DNA of 64,000 bases from contig JACRDT010000015.1 of NCBI GenBank assembly GCA_016212795.1, forward strand, positions 132,770 through 196,769. Direction: 5' to 3'. Of the stretch, positions 41,106 to 50,123 are shown piece after piece; positions within the stretch are counted from its first letter, which is position 1, and every line of letters starts with the position of its first letter. The notes beneath the pieces are model-generated. The model saw only the letters and a program-made list of their open reading frames with translations. It ran no database searches and was not told where the DNA came from. A program made the translations under genes and the position numbers. Origin of the DNA: Elusimicrobiota bacterium. GTDB taxonomy: Bacteria; Elusimicrobiota; Elusimicrobia; UBA1565; UBA9628.

Positions 41106-42529
41106 ACATCCTCCTCGTCAACCCCCTGCTGGCCCCCGACAGGACCCCGGAGACGTGCAACCTCGGGCTGGCCTACATCGCAAGCGCCCTCCGCCAGGAC
41201 GGCCACCGCCTCACCGTGCTGGACCTGGACGCCCGAAGGATGCCCCCCGAGCGGGTCCGCGAGGTCCTCGCCAAGACCGACTTCGACGCCGCGGGCATCG
41301 GGACGCTCGTCAGCGGCTTCCGCTCGACCCGCTGGCTGACTCGGCAGATCAGGGAGCTCAAGCCCCAAGCCCACATCTGGGTGGGCAACAGCATCGCGAC
41401 GCCCATCCCCGAGGTCATCCTGCGGGAGATGCCGGTGGACGTCGTGGCGCTCGGCGAGGGCGAGGCCACCGTCCGGGAGCTGGCCCGGGCGACGGAACGC
41501 GGGGAGGACCTCTCGTCGGTCGCGGGCATCGTCTACCGGGGCCCCGGCGGCCCGGTCGCGACGGCCCAGCGCCCCGTCATCGCGGACATCGACTCCATCC
41601 CGATGCCGGCCTGGGACCTCTTCCAGCAGGACGTCTACACGAAGTCCTCCACGGCCGGCATGCCCGGTCCCAAGATGTACGTGATCACGACCCGCGGCTG
41701 CCCCTATCGCTGCACCTACTGCTACCACCCCTTCCAGAACGTCAAGGTCCGGTTCCACTCCGCCGAGCGCGTGGTCGCGGAGATCGCGGAGCTCCAGGGC
41801 CGCTACGGGGTCAGGAGCATCCACTTCGGCGACGACCTCTTCGTGGTCGACAAGAAGCGCGTCTACGAGATCTGCGACCTGATGGAGAAGCGCCGCGTCA
41901 AGGTCCTCTGGAGCGCCGCCAGCCGCGTCAACACGCTCGACGAGGACATGCTCAAGCGCATGAAGAGCGCCGGCTGCGTCGTCCTGGGGTTCGGCATCGA
42001 ATCCGGCAGCCAGACGATCCTCGACAACATCAAGAAGCGCACGACCGTCGCCCAGGGGCTCGACGCGGTCAGGCTCTGCCGGAAGGTCGGCATCGAGGCC
42101 GCCTGCAGCTTCATGATCGGCAACGTCGGCGAGACCCCCGAGACGGTGGCGGCCAGCGTCGACTTCATCAAGCGGGCCGACCTGCCGCCGACGGTCTTCT
42201 TCTTCACCACGCCCTACCCGGGCACCGAGCTCTACGAGCACGGCCGGGCCGCCGGCCTCATCAAGGACGAGGTGGCCCTCTTCGAGTCCTACGGGGAGCA
42301 GAACGACCAGTTCCTGGTCAATTTCACCGGCATGACCGACGCCGAGCTCCTGCGCGTGAAGAAGGCCGCCGAGGACCGGCTGCTCGTCGACTACGGGCGG
42401 CGCCACCCCCTGCGCTGGCTGCGGCACATGGGCCGCCACCTGCGCCACAACGTGCGCAACTACGGCTGGGCGGCCGTCCTGCGGCGCATCGTCCGCAGGC
42501 TGGGCCGCCTGGTTCGGAGCCGGCCATGA
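41102..42529 (+). CDS. B12-binding-domain radical SAM enzyme
   Basis: GTGA overlap. N-terminal Rossmann-like NILLVNPLL...GLAYIASAL...DVVALGEGE. TTRGCPYRCTYC CxxxCxxC motif. Confidence 0.8.
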   Translation: MNILLVNPLLAPDRTPETCNLGLAYIASALRQDGHRLTVLDLDARRMPPERVREVLAKTDFDAAGIGTLVSGFRSTRWLTRQIRELKPQAHIWVGNSIATPIPEVILREMPVDVVALGEGEATVRELARATERGEDLSSVAGIVYRGPGGPVATAQRPVIADIDSIPMPAWDLFQQDVYTKSSTAGMPGPKMYVITTRGCPYRCTYCYHPFQNVKVRFHSAERVVAEIAELQGRYGVRSIHFGDDLFVVDKKRVYEICDLMEKRRVKVLWSAASRVNTLDEDMLKRMKSAGCVVLGFGIESGSQTILDNIKKRTTVAQGLDAVRLCRKVGIEAACSFMIGNVGETPETVAASVDFIKRADLPPTVFFFTTPYPGTELYEHGRAAGLIKDEVALFESYGEQNDQFLVNFTGMTDAELLRVKKAAEDRLLVDYGRRHPLRWLRHMGRHLRHNVRNYGWAAVLRRIVRRLGRLVRSRP

Positions 42530-43695
42530 AGAGCTCCCCCGGGCGGAAGGCCCGGCTCAAGAAGCCGGCCGCCGTCATCCGGCGGGCGACCCCCGAGGAC
42601 GCCGACGAGCTGCGGCGCATGTACCACGACGTCTACGAGGGCAAATACACCCTCAGCATCATCTACGACGCCGACGAGACCGCCGACGCCCTCAAGAAGG
42701 ACGACGTCCATTGGTTCGTGGCCGAGGACGCCGGCCGGATCGTGAGCTCCGTCATCTTCTCCGTCGAACGGGACCTCAAGCTCGCCAAGGTCTTCGGGGC
42801 CGTGGTCCTTCCAGAGTACCGGGGCTCGGACCTGACCGAGCGCGCCATCGCCATGGGGCTCGCCTCGATCATCGACGAGGAAGGCCAGGCCCACAGCGCC
42901 TACGCCACCGCCCGCACGATCTCGCCCGCCCCCACGCGCCTCCTGCGCAACCTCGGGTTCGCGGACCTGGGGGTGCTGCCCAACGTCCGCAAGGTCCAGA
43001 ACTACGAGACCCACTGCATGTGCGCCTACTTCCGCAAGGGGGCGCTGGCCGACCGGGTGGTCCCGCCCAGGCTCCCGACCGCGCTCAAGCCCTTCTACTC
43101 CATCGTCCGGCGCGCCACGGGCATCGGGGACGCCGAGTGGCACGAGCTCCCCATCGAGCCCTCCTCCCCGTACGCCGGCAAGTGGATCGAGTTCGAGATC
43201 ATCGAGGCCCCGCACTACATCCTGGGGCGCTGGAAGGCGCTCAAGGCCGAGCACAAGCTCAAGATGCAGTTCTTCCCCTTCCACGAGCCCAACCTCCTGC
43301 TCGTGGCCAAGGACCGCCCCGCGGAGATCTACGTCTACTACTCCAAGTCCGACCACTACGCGGCCATCATCGGGGGCCACGAGCACGTCCCCGACCTGAC
43401 GCACCTGCTCAACTCGATCGTCATGGCCCTCGAGGAGCACGGGGCGCGCTACCTGGAGCTCCTGACCTCGGCCTACCACCCGGAGGTCGTCAAGAGGATC
43501 ATGGACGCGAGGTTCCTGCCGAGCGCCTACTACCCCGCCCTGCGGTGGAACCACGGGCAGGGCCACGACTACATCGTCTTCAGCAAGTCCTTCGTGCTGC
43601 TGGACTTCAGCAACATCGTGGCCGAGGGGCTCGTCAGCGACTACATGCGGGAGTACTTCAACCTCTGGCGGGCGCTGTACATCAGGGGCGTCTGA
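42526..43695 (+). CDS. double-domain GNAT-family protein, paralog 2
   Basis: ATGA overlap. IRRATPEDADELRRMY and VVLPEYRGSDLTERAIAMGL (R-x-x-G-x-x-type CoA motif). Confidence 0.6.
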   Translation: MKSSPGRKARLKKPAAVIRRATPEDADELRRMYHDVYEGKYTLSIIYDADETADALKKDDVHWFVAEDAGRIVSSVIFSVERDLKLAKVFGAVVLPEYRGSDLTERAIAMGLASIIDEEGQAHSAYATARTISPAPTRLLRNLGFADLGVLPNVRKVQNYETHCMCAYFRKGALADRVVPPRLPTALKPFYSIVRRATGIGDAEWHELPIEPSSPYAGKWIEFEIIEAPHYILGRWKALKAEHKLKMQFFPFHEPNLLLVAKDRPAEIYVYYSKSDHYAAIIGGHEHVPDLTHLLNSIVMALEEHGARYLELLTSAYHPEVVKRIMDARFLPSAYYPALRWNHGQGHDYIVFSKSFVLLDFSNIVAEGLVSDYMREYFNLWRALYIRGV

Positions 43696-43725
43696 CCCCA
43701 GGGCGGGCCGGGGCCGGCCCGGCGC

Positions 43726-45138
43726 TCAATGGGCCAACAGGCGCAGGCCGGCGGACAGCTGGTGCCTCAAGGCAGCCAGGGAACGCACCGAGGCCAGGCG
43801 CCGGAAGATGTAGCCTGGCCGCAGATAGAACCTCCGGTAGATGTCCTTGATCATCGCCGCGAGTTCTTCACGGGTGAAATGCTCGTTCCATACCTCGGGC
43901 GTGAAGCCGGGCGAGGGATCCTGCGCGTAGCGCCGCCAATAATCCCCGGGGAACAATCCCTTGGCGAGGCCGAGCCGGTACAGGTCGGTGCCCGGGAACG
44001 GCGTCGCCGCCCCCAGATGGATGTAGTCGGCGTCGAGGCCGAGGAGGTAGTCCACCGTCGCCGCGATGTGGCGGCGCTGCTCGCCCGGGCATCCGATCAT
44101 GAAATAGGCGAGGGTCTCGAACCCCAGCCTCTTCGCCGCCGAGAACGTCTCTTTCGCCTTCGCCAGGTCGATGTCCTTTCGGAGGGCCTTCAGGATGTCC
44201 GGATGGCCCGATTCGATGCCCAGATGGAGCCGGTAACAGCCGCTCTCCCGGAGCCGCTCGAGCATCTCCCGGTCGAGCGTGTCGACCCGCGCGCGGACGT
44301 CCCAGAGGACCTTCAGCCTCCTTCGCGCGATCAGGGAGCATATCTCCATCACCCGAGACCGGTCGATCGTGAAGGTGTCGTCGTAGAATTTGATCTCGCC
44401 GATCCCCCGCGACACGCAGTCCTCCATCTCCCGCACCACGGAGCCGGGCGAGCGGGCCCTGAATCTCTTGCCGAGGTGCGGCCGTTCGCAGAACAGGCAA
44501 GGGTAGGGGCAACCCCTGCTCGAGATCATCGTCGTGATGCGATCCGCCCTGCCCAGCAGCGAATGGTAGAGCCCGTTGTCGAGCAGGCCTCGGTCCGGCG
44601 ACGGGACGTCATCGAGGTCCGCGATCAGGCCTCTCTCGGCGGTGCGCACGACGGCGCCGTTCTCCCGCAGCACCAGGCCCGGGACAGCCTTGAGGTCGCC
44701 CTTGCCGGCGAGCGAACGCAGGAGGTCGACGACGGCGGATTCCCCTTCCCCCAGCACGAGCGAATCGACCGGGGGGAACCCGATCGACTCCTCGGGATAG
44801 ATGTTCACGTGCGGGCCGCCCAGGCAGACGTGCGCGCCGGGCCGGACCCTCTTCGCCGCCGCCGCGACGCGATACGCGTCGAGGAGCGAGAACGTCAGGA
44901 CCTGGATGCCGACGAAGTCGGGCCTGCGGCGCGCGATCTCGCGCTCGATGCCGGGTTCGTCGAGCCGTTCGGCGGCGCAGTCGAGGACTTCGACGTCCCA
45001 ATCGGTGCCGGCCCGGGCGGCAGAGGCCACATAGAGCAGACCCATCGGGGGGTAGCAGCCCGTGGAATCATCCACGAAGGCCGGGACATTCGAGCGGATC
45101 ATGTGCCGCGACGGCGGGTAGATGAACAGGGCCTTCAT
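43726..45138 (-). CDS. B12-binding-domain radical SAM enzyme (second copy, different subfamily by eye)
   Basis: MKALFIYPP...GLLYVASAA...SLVLGEGE. SSRGCPYPCLFC. Start at ATG 45138 inside ORF 43726..45720. Confidence 0.8.
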   Translation of the reverse strand: MKALFIYPPSRHMIRSNVPAFVDDSTGCYPPMGLLYVASAARAGTDWDVEVLDCAAERLDEPGIEREIARRRPDFVGIQVLTFSLLDAYRVAAAAKRVRPGAHVCLGGPHVNIYPEESIGFPPVDSLVLGEGESAVVDLLRSLAGKGDLKAVPGLVLRENGAVVRTAERGLIADLDDVPSPDRGLLDNGLYHSLLGRADRITTMISSRGCPYPCLFCERPHLGKRFRARSPGSVVREMEDCVSRGIGEIKFYDDTFTIDRSRVMEICSLIARRRLKVLWDVRARVDTLDREMLERLRESGCYRLHLGIESGHPDILKALRKDIDLAKAKETFSAAKRLGFETLAYFMIGCPGEQRRHIAATVDYLLGLDADYIHLGAATPFPGTDLYRLGLAKGLFPGDYWRRYAQDPSPGFTPEVWNEHFTREELAAMIKDIYRRFYLRPGYIFRRLASVRSLAALRHQLSAGLRLLAH

Positions 45139-45191
45139 GGTCTCAGGTCCGCGCGGAGCGGCCCCTTCGGCGCGAGGCCGGCGGGACCCCG

Positions 45192-46118
45192 CTATTTCCT
45201 CGCGCCGTGCTGGCGGCGCAACAGAGAGAATTGATCCGCCAGGATGCCGAACAGCAAAATCAAGAGAGCGCCCAGCGACATGACGACGCCCGTGTTGGGC
45301 ACCCTGCCATGCAGGCCGATGTTGAGGATCGTCATCCCGACCCCGATGACGCCGCAGACCACGGCGGCGGGGATGAAGACCCTCAGCGGGTTGAACAGCG
45401 AGATGGTCCTCATGATCATGATGACGGTGTTGATCCCGTCGCTGACGACATTCACGTTGCTTGCCCTGCCGGCGCGCTCGTACACCGTGACCGGGACGAA
45501 CGTCACGCTGTACCCGTCGCCCATGAAGGCGAGAGTGGTCGTCGTGGAGATGGAGAACCCGTTCGGATAGAGGGGAAGGAACTCGAGGAACACGCTCTTC
45601 TTGAACAGCCGCAGGCCGGAATTGACGTCGGGGATCGCCGTCCCGGCCAGGTAATTGGATACCAGCCGCATGATCATCTTCCCGGGGCGCCTGACCCAGG
45701 CGGGGTGCGCCCCATGGCACCGGTTCCCGATGATCAGATCATACCCTTCTTCCTGAGCCTTGAAGAACGACGGCAGGCTGTCCAGGCGATGCTGCCCGTC
45801 GCTGTCGAGAGTCAGGATCCATCCATGCCCCGCCGATCTCGTCCCCGCCTTGATGGCGGCCCCGTAGCCCATGTTGTACGGCAGCCTGATCACCTTGACC
45901 CCTTCCACCGACCCCGCGATGGCCGCTGTTCGATCGGTCGACCCGTCGTCGACCACGATGACCTCGCAGCCCCGATGGCAGGCCGCCCGCGAAAGGGCCT
46001 CCCGCACGTGCTCGAGGAGCGCGCCGATCTCCGACTCCTCGTTGTACGCGGGGATGACGACGCTGACGTCGTCGTCGCGCCTGCCGCCCCCTTGCGCTCG
46101 CGGTCCTGATCCGATCAT
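45192..46118 (-). CDS. GT2 glycosyltransferase, polyprenol-phosphate glycosyltransferase-like (DPM1/ArnC-type) with C-terminal TMs
   Basis: VSVVIPAYNEE, VVDDGSTDRT, LDSDGQH (DxD). C-terminal hydrophobic helices. Confidence 0.8.
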   Translation of the reverse strand: MIGSGPRAQGGGRRDDDVSVVIPAYNEESEIGALLEHVREALSRAACHRGCEVIVVDDGSTDRTAAIAGSVEGVKVIRLPYNMGYGAAIKAGTRSAGHGWILTLDSDGQHRLDSLPSFFKAQEEGYDLIIGNRCHGAHPAWVRRPGKMIMRLVSNYLAGTAIPDVNSGLRLFKKSVFLEFLPLYPNGFSISTTTTLAFMGDGYSVTFVPVTVYERAGRASNVNVVSDGINTVIMIMRTISLFNPLRVFIPAAVVCGVIGVGMTILNIGLHGRVPNTGVVMSLGALLILLFGILADQFSLLRRQHGARK

Positions 46119-46179
46119 ATCCCGATGCCCAGGCCGGAGCGAGCCGCCATCGCTCGAAGTCCGGCTTGATGGGCCCTTA

Positions 46180-46872
46180 TTATAGCTGATGTCCGGCCGG
46201 CGTCGGGCGGGCAGCCACGCAGCAGATATCGAACCCGATGCTCCTGAGCGGCGTCTTGCCGAGCATTCGTCCGATCGGTATCCACCAGCAGGGAGCCTTG
46301 TTGGGGACAAGCCATCCTTCCACGTGGACATGAACGGATAGGAGTCCCGTCTTCACGAACAGCCCACGCATGTAGCCGGGAGAGAAACGCCATGCCATGC
46401 GTTCTTCTCGCTCGAGCAGAGAGAACGCTAATACCAGAGGGTTCGTTCGGTTAGGCTCGAACGAGATGACGGCACGGCTGGCAACCCTCCTCATCTCCAT
46501 CAGGGTTCGGATCCGGGCGGGTTCTTCAAGATGATGGAGGAGGTGGGAAGCGACCGCAACGTCAAAACTCCCATCAGCGAACGGAAGCCCCTCGGAGGAA
46601 CCGAGGTACTTCTCCTTGCAGGGGTTGACCTCGAGCATCCGCGCAGAGCGGTCCACCCCGGCGACCCGCCCGAACCGCTTCTCCAGCGCCCATTGCAGAT
46701 ATCCATTCCCGCACCCGACGTCGAGCACGCTGGAAGCGCCCGCGCCGTCGACGGCTGACGCGACGATGGCCGCGAACGGGGCGAACGTCGCTTCTACGAC
46801 GGGGTGGTCCGGTGTCCGTCGGTCATGGTTGTCTCTAGACCAATGCTCATCCTGAATCTTCTGTTCGCCCAA
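46180..46872 (-). CDS. class I SAM-dependent methyltransferase
   Basis: VLDVGCGNGYL and FDVAVASHLLHHL. The region is visibly less GC-rich. Confidence 0.7.
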   Translation of the reverse strand: MGEQKIQDEHWSRDNHDRRTPDHPVVEATFAPFAAIVASAVDGAGASSVLDVGCGNGYLQWALEKRFGRVAGVDRSARMLEVNPCKEKYLGSSEGLPFADGSFDVAVASHLLHHLEEPARIRTLMEMRRVASRAVISFEPNRTNPLVLAFSLLEREERMAWRFSPGYMRGLFVKTGLLSVHVHVEGWLVPNKAPCWWIPIGRMLGKTPLRSIGFDICCVAARPTPAGHQL

Positions 46873-46989
46873 TCGCCCCTCTTCCTATGGCTGGTCGCGC
46901 AACGATCCGGGATCCCAGCCTGTCCCGGCACCATGAGTCTGACATTCCTCGCCAAGCGCTCGCAAGAGGACTTTGATATCATTCTCCCG

Positions 46990-48546
46990 ATGGCCCGCGA
47001 GCATCCTCCCAGAACCGGCGGGTCCTCGCCCGCCGGCCCCCGTCCGGCCTCCTGGGCCGTCCCGCTCGGCATCGCCCTGGGCGTGTTCCTCTTCAACATC
47101 AGCTTCGCCGCCTTCGGCTTCATGTCGCCGGACGCGTCCCTCTATCTCGACATCGGCAGGAACATCCTCTCCGGGAAGGGCGCGGTGACCTCGTCCAACT
47201 TCTATCATTTCTGGCTCGCCAAGCACCACCCCGCCCTTCCCTACGTCCCTCCGCTCTACCCCGTCTTCGCCGGGGTCGTCTGGAAGCTCGCGGGGCTCAA
47301 AGGGGCCATCGGCGCCAACATCCTCCTCCTGGGGGCCAACTGCGGCCTCCTCTACGCCATCCTCTCCAGGACCAGCGGCCGCCTGGCCGCCGCCCTCGCG
47401 GCGCTCCTTGTCGGGGTCACCTTCCCCGTCGTCAAAACCTCGATCTACCCCTGGACCGAGCAGCTCCACCTGCTCTTCCTGCTCTCGGCCTTCCACCTGC
47501 ACCTGGCCGGAAGGCGCAAGGACGTCCTGGTCGGCGTGATCCTCGGGGCGAGCTGCCTCGTCCGGGTCGCCTCCCTCCACAACATCGCGGCCTTCGCTCT
47601 TTCGAGAGTCGTCCTGGAAGGCCTTTCAAGGGAGGCCCTCCTGCGCCAAGCCAAGACGGCCCTCGGCGTCCTGGCGGTCCTGCTCCCCTACGAGGCCTTC
47701 TGCTGGCTGGCCTACGGCATCGTCTTCCCCGAGTATCCAGCGGCCTCGAAGACGTTCACCCTGGCGGGCTACCACCCCGGAGCTTACTACGCCCTGGCCA
47801 TGCCGGTCCTTAGGGCCCCGCCAATACCCCTGGAGACCGGCACCATCGCCATGAGGTTCCTCGCCCACCTCGGCTCCTTCATCACGGCCTTCGACACAGC
47901 GGTCTTCGCGCTCGTCCTGGCCCCACTCCTGCTGATCTTGAACCGGGAGCGGCGCCGAGACCCCGTCCTCGTCACCCTCCTGGCCCAAGGGTTCGTGCCG
48001 ATCCTCCTCTTCAGCATCAGTTTCACCTGGAGACCCGACGTCGATGGGCCTCGCTACCTCCTCATCCCGCTCGTCGCGATCATGAGCTCGACCCTCGTCC
48101 TGACCAGGGACCTGGCCGCCGGATTCCTCGAGGGCCTCGAGAAGCGCTGGCGGCTTGCGACCGCCCTGTCCGCCGTCCCGTTCTTCGCCCTCGCCCTGCC
48201 CGAGACCTGGGAGTCCCGCCGCAATCCACTGCTCCTAAGGCCGGACCTGACCGCCGACCACGTCAGGGACAGGGACGTCGTGTACCGCTGGATCAGGGAG
48301 AACACGCCCGAGGACAGCCTGGTCGTCTCCGACCAGATCATGGACTCGTTCCTTTTCGATCGACCCTTCGTCTGCTTCCCGTTCGGAGCCGCGTACACCC
48401 CGACGAACGTCGAGGGCTTCCTATCGGTCTACAAGCCCGATTACGCCCTGACGAACAACCCCCAGCTCTACCCCTTCCTGCTCAAGCGCGGCTACGCGTC
48501 GGTCATGGAGACCCGATCGCTTGCCGTCTTGCGGAGGAAACCGTGA
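46990..48546 (+). CDS. polytopic membrane protein, GT-C (ArnT/PMT)-like glycosyltransferase candidate, tandem paralog 1
   Basis: Multiple TMs. SPDASLYLDIGRNI first-loop acidic motif. Start chosen by alignment with paralog 2 (alternatives 46933, 46804). Confidence 0.55.
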   Translation: MAREHPPRTGGSSPAGPRPASWAVPLGIALGVFLFNISFAAFGFMSPDASLYLDIGRNILSGKGAVTSSNFYHFWLAKHHPALPYVPPLYPVFAGVVWKLAGLKGAIGANILLLGANCGLLYAILSRTSGRLAAALAALLVGVTFPVVKTSIYPWTEQLHLLFLLSAFHLHLAGRRKDVLVGVILGASCLVRVASLHNIAAFALSRVVLEGLSREALLRQAKTALGVLAVLLPYEAFCWLAYGIVFPEYPAASKTFTLAGYHPGAYYALAMPVLRAPPIPLETGTIAMRFLAHLGSFITAFDTAVFALVLAPLLLILNRERRRDPVLVTLLAQGFVPILLFSISFTWRPDVDGPRYLLIPLVAIMSSTLVLTRDLAAGFLEGLEKRWRLATALSAVPFFALALPETWESRRNPLLLRPDLTADHVRDRDVVYRWIRENTPEDSLVVSDQIMDSFLFDRPFVCFPFGAAYTPTNVEGFLSVYKPDYALTNNPQLYPFLLKRGYASVMETRSLAVLRRKP

Positions 48547-50081
48547 CGCCGGACTCGACCCGCCCTCCCCTCGGGGAAAGGCTGGTCCCGCTCATCCCGT
48601 GGGGCATCGCGCTGACCGTCTTCCTCGTCAACCTTCCGTTCGCTTCCCTTGGCCTCCTGTCGCCGGACGCCTGCCTCTACCTGGACATCGGCAGGAACAT
48701 CTTCTCCGGCAACGGCGCGGTCACCTCGTTCAACTTCTATCAGTTCTGGCCCGGGAAGTATTACCCCGCCCTTCCCTATGTCCCTCCCATCTACCCCGTC
48801 TTCGCCGGCCTCGTCTGGAAGCTCGCCGGGCTCAAGGGCGCCATCGGCGCCAACATCCTCATCCTGGGGGCCAACTGCGCGCTTCTTTACGCCATCCTCT
48901 CCCGGACGAGCGGCCGCCTGGCCGCCGCCCTCGTGGCCATCTACGTCGGGACCCGTTGGCACGTCGTCCTCACCGCCCTCCTTCCATGGACGGAACAGCT
49001 CCACCTGCTCTTCATCCTCGCGGCGATCTTCCTGCATCTGCGGGAGACGCGGCGGGAATTCCTGGTCGGCGTGATCCTCGGGGCGAGCTGCCTCGTCCGG
49101 ATCGCCTCTCTCTACAACATCGCGGCCTTCGCCATCTCCACGGCCCTGCTCGAAGGCCTCTCTTGGGACGCCCTCAAGCGCCAGGCCAAGACGGCCCTCG
49201 GGGTCCTGGCCGTGCTGGTTCCCTACCAGGCCTTCTGCTGGCTGGTCTACGGCCGTGTCTTCCCCCAGTATACCGCGGCCGCGACGTCCTCCATCCTGGC
49301 GGAATCCTACCCCGGCGCGTCCTACGCCCTGGCCATGCCGGTCCTCAAGGCCCCCCCCATGCCCTTGGCCACCGGGAACATCGTCCTATGGGCCATCTCC
49401 CACCTAGGCTCCTTCAAGAAGGCCTTCGGCAGGGAATACCTCCTTCTCGCGCTCGCCCCCCTCGCGCTCTACCTGAGCCGGGAACGGCGCCGGAACCCCG
49501 TCTTCGTCACTCTCCTGGTCCAGGGATTCGCCCCGATCGCACTCTTCAGCATCAGCTTGTCCTGGAAGCCGATCGTCGACGCGTACCGATACAACCTCAT
49601 CCCCTTCATCATGATCGCGAGTTCGGCGCTCGTCCTGACCAGGGAGCTGGCCGCCGGTTATCTCAAGGGCTTGGAACAGCGCTTCAGGCTCGCGACGATC
49701 CTCGTCTTCGCCCCCTTCTTCGCCCTCTCCCTGACCGAGGCCGGGAAGTACCATCGGAACCATGCGCTGATCCGGCCGCATGGGACCGCCGCCTTGAAGA
49801 AAGACAAGGCCGTCGTGTACCGCTGGATCAGGGAAAACACGCCGGGGGACGCTCTGGTCGCCTCCGACCAGCTCTCGGACCCGTTCCTCTTCGAGCGGCC
49901 CTTCGTCCGTTTCCCGCCGGGCGCCGCGTTCACCCCGAAGACCGTCGAGGAGTTCATGGGGGTCTTCAAGCCAGAATACGTCCTGACGGAGAACCCCGCG
50001 CTCTTCGCCTTCCTGCTGGAGCGCGGCTATGAACGCTCCATGGAGACGCGCCTCCTGGCCGTCCTGCGAAGGAGAAAATGA
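48543..50081 (+). CDS. GT-C-like membrane protein, tandem paralog 2
   Basis: GTGA overlap. Collinear with paralog 1 over the full length (e.g. PALPYVPPIYPVFAGLVWKLAGLKGAIGANILILGANCALLYAILSRTSGRLAAAL). Confidence 0.6.
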   Translation: MTPDSTRPPLGERLVPLIPWGIALTVFLVNLPFASLGLLSPDACLYLDIGRNIFSGNGAVTSFNFYQFWPGKYYPALPYVPPIYPVFAGLVWKLAGLKGAIGANILILGANCALLYAILSRTSGRLAAALVAIYVGTRWHVVLTALLPWTEQLHLLFILAAIFLHLRETRREFLVGVILGASCLVRIASLYNIAAFAISTALLEGLSWDALKRQAKTALGVLAVLVPYQAFCWLVYGRVFPQYTAAATSSILAESYPGASYALAMPVLKAPPMPLATGNIVLWAISHLGSFKKAFGREYLLLALAPLALYLSRERRRNPVFVTLLVQGFAPIALFSISLSWKPIVDAYRYNLIPFIMIASSALVLTRELAAGYLKGLEQRFRLATILVFAPFFALSLTEAGKYHRNHALIRPHGTAALKKDKAVVYRWIRENTPGDALVASDQLSDPFLFERPFVRFPPGAAFTPKTVEEFMGVFKPEYVLTENPALFAFLLERGYERSMETRLLAVLRRRK

Positions 50082-50123
50082 CGCCGCTCGGGAGGAAGGG
50101 CCCGGCCGAGGACGCTCCCCCGC

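Noticed and set aside
43705-43720. GGGCCGG-GG-CCGGCCC hairpin between the convergent operons, as a bidirectional terminator
   Set aside because: The loop is too small for the full stem and there is no flanking T/A tract. It cannot be distinguished from background GC-rich self-complementarity.
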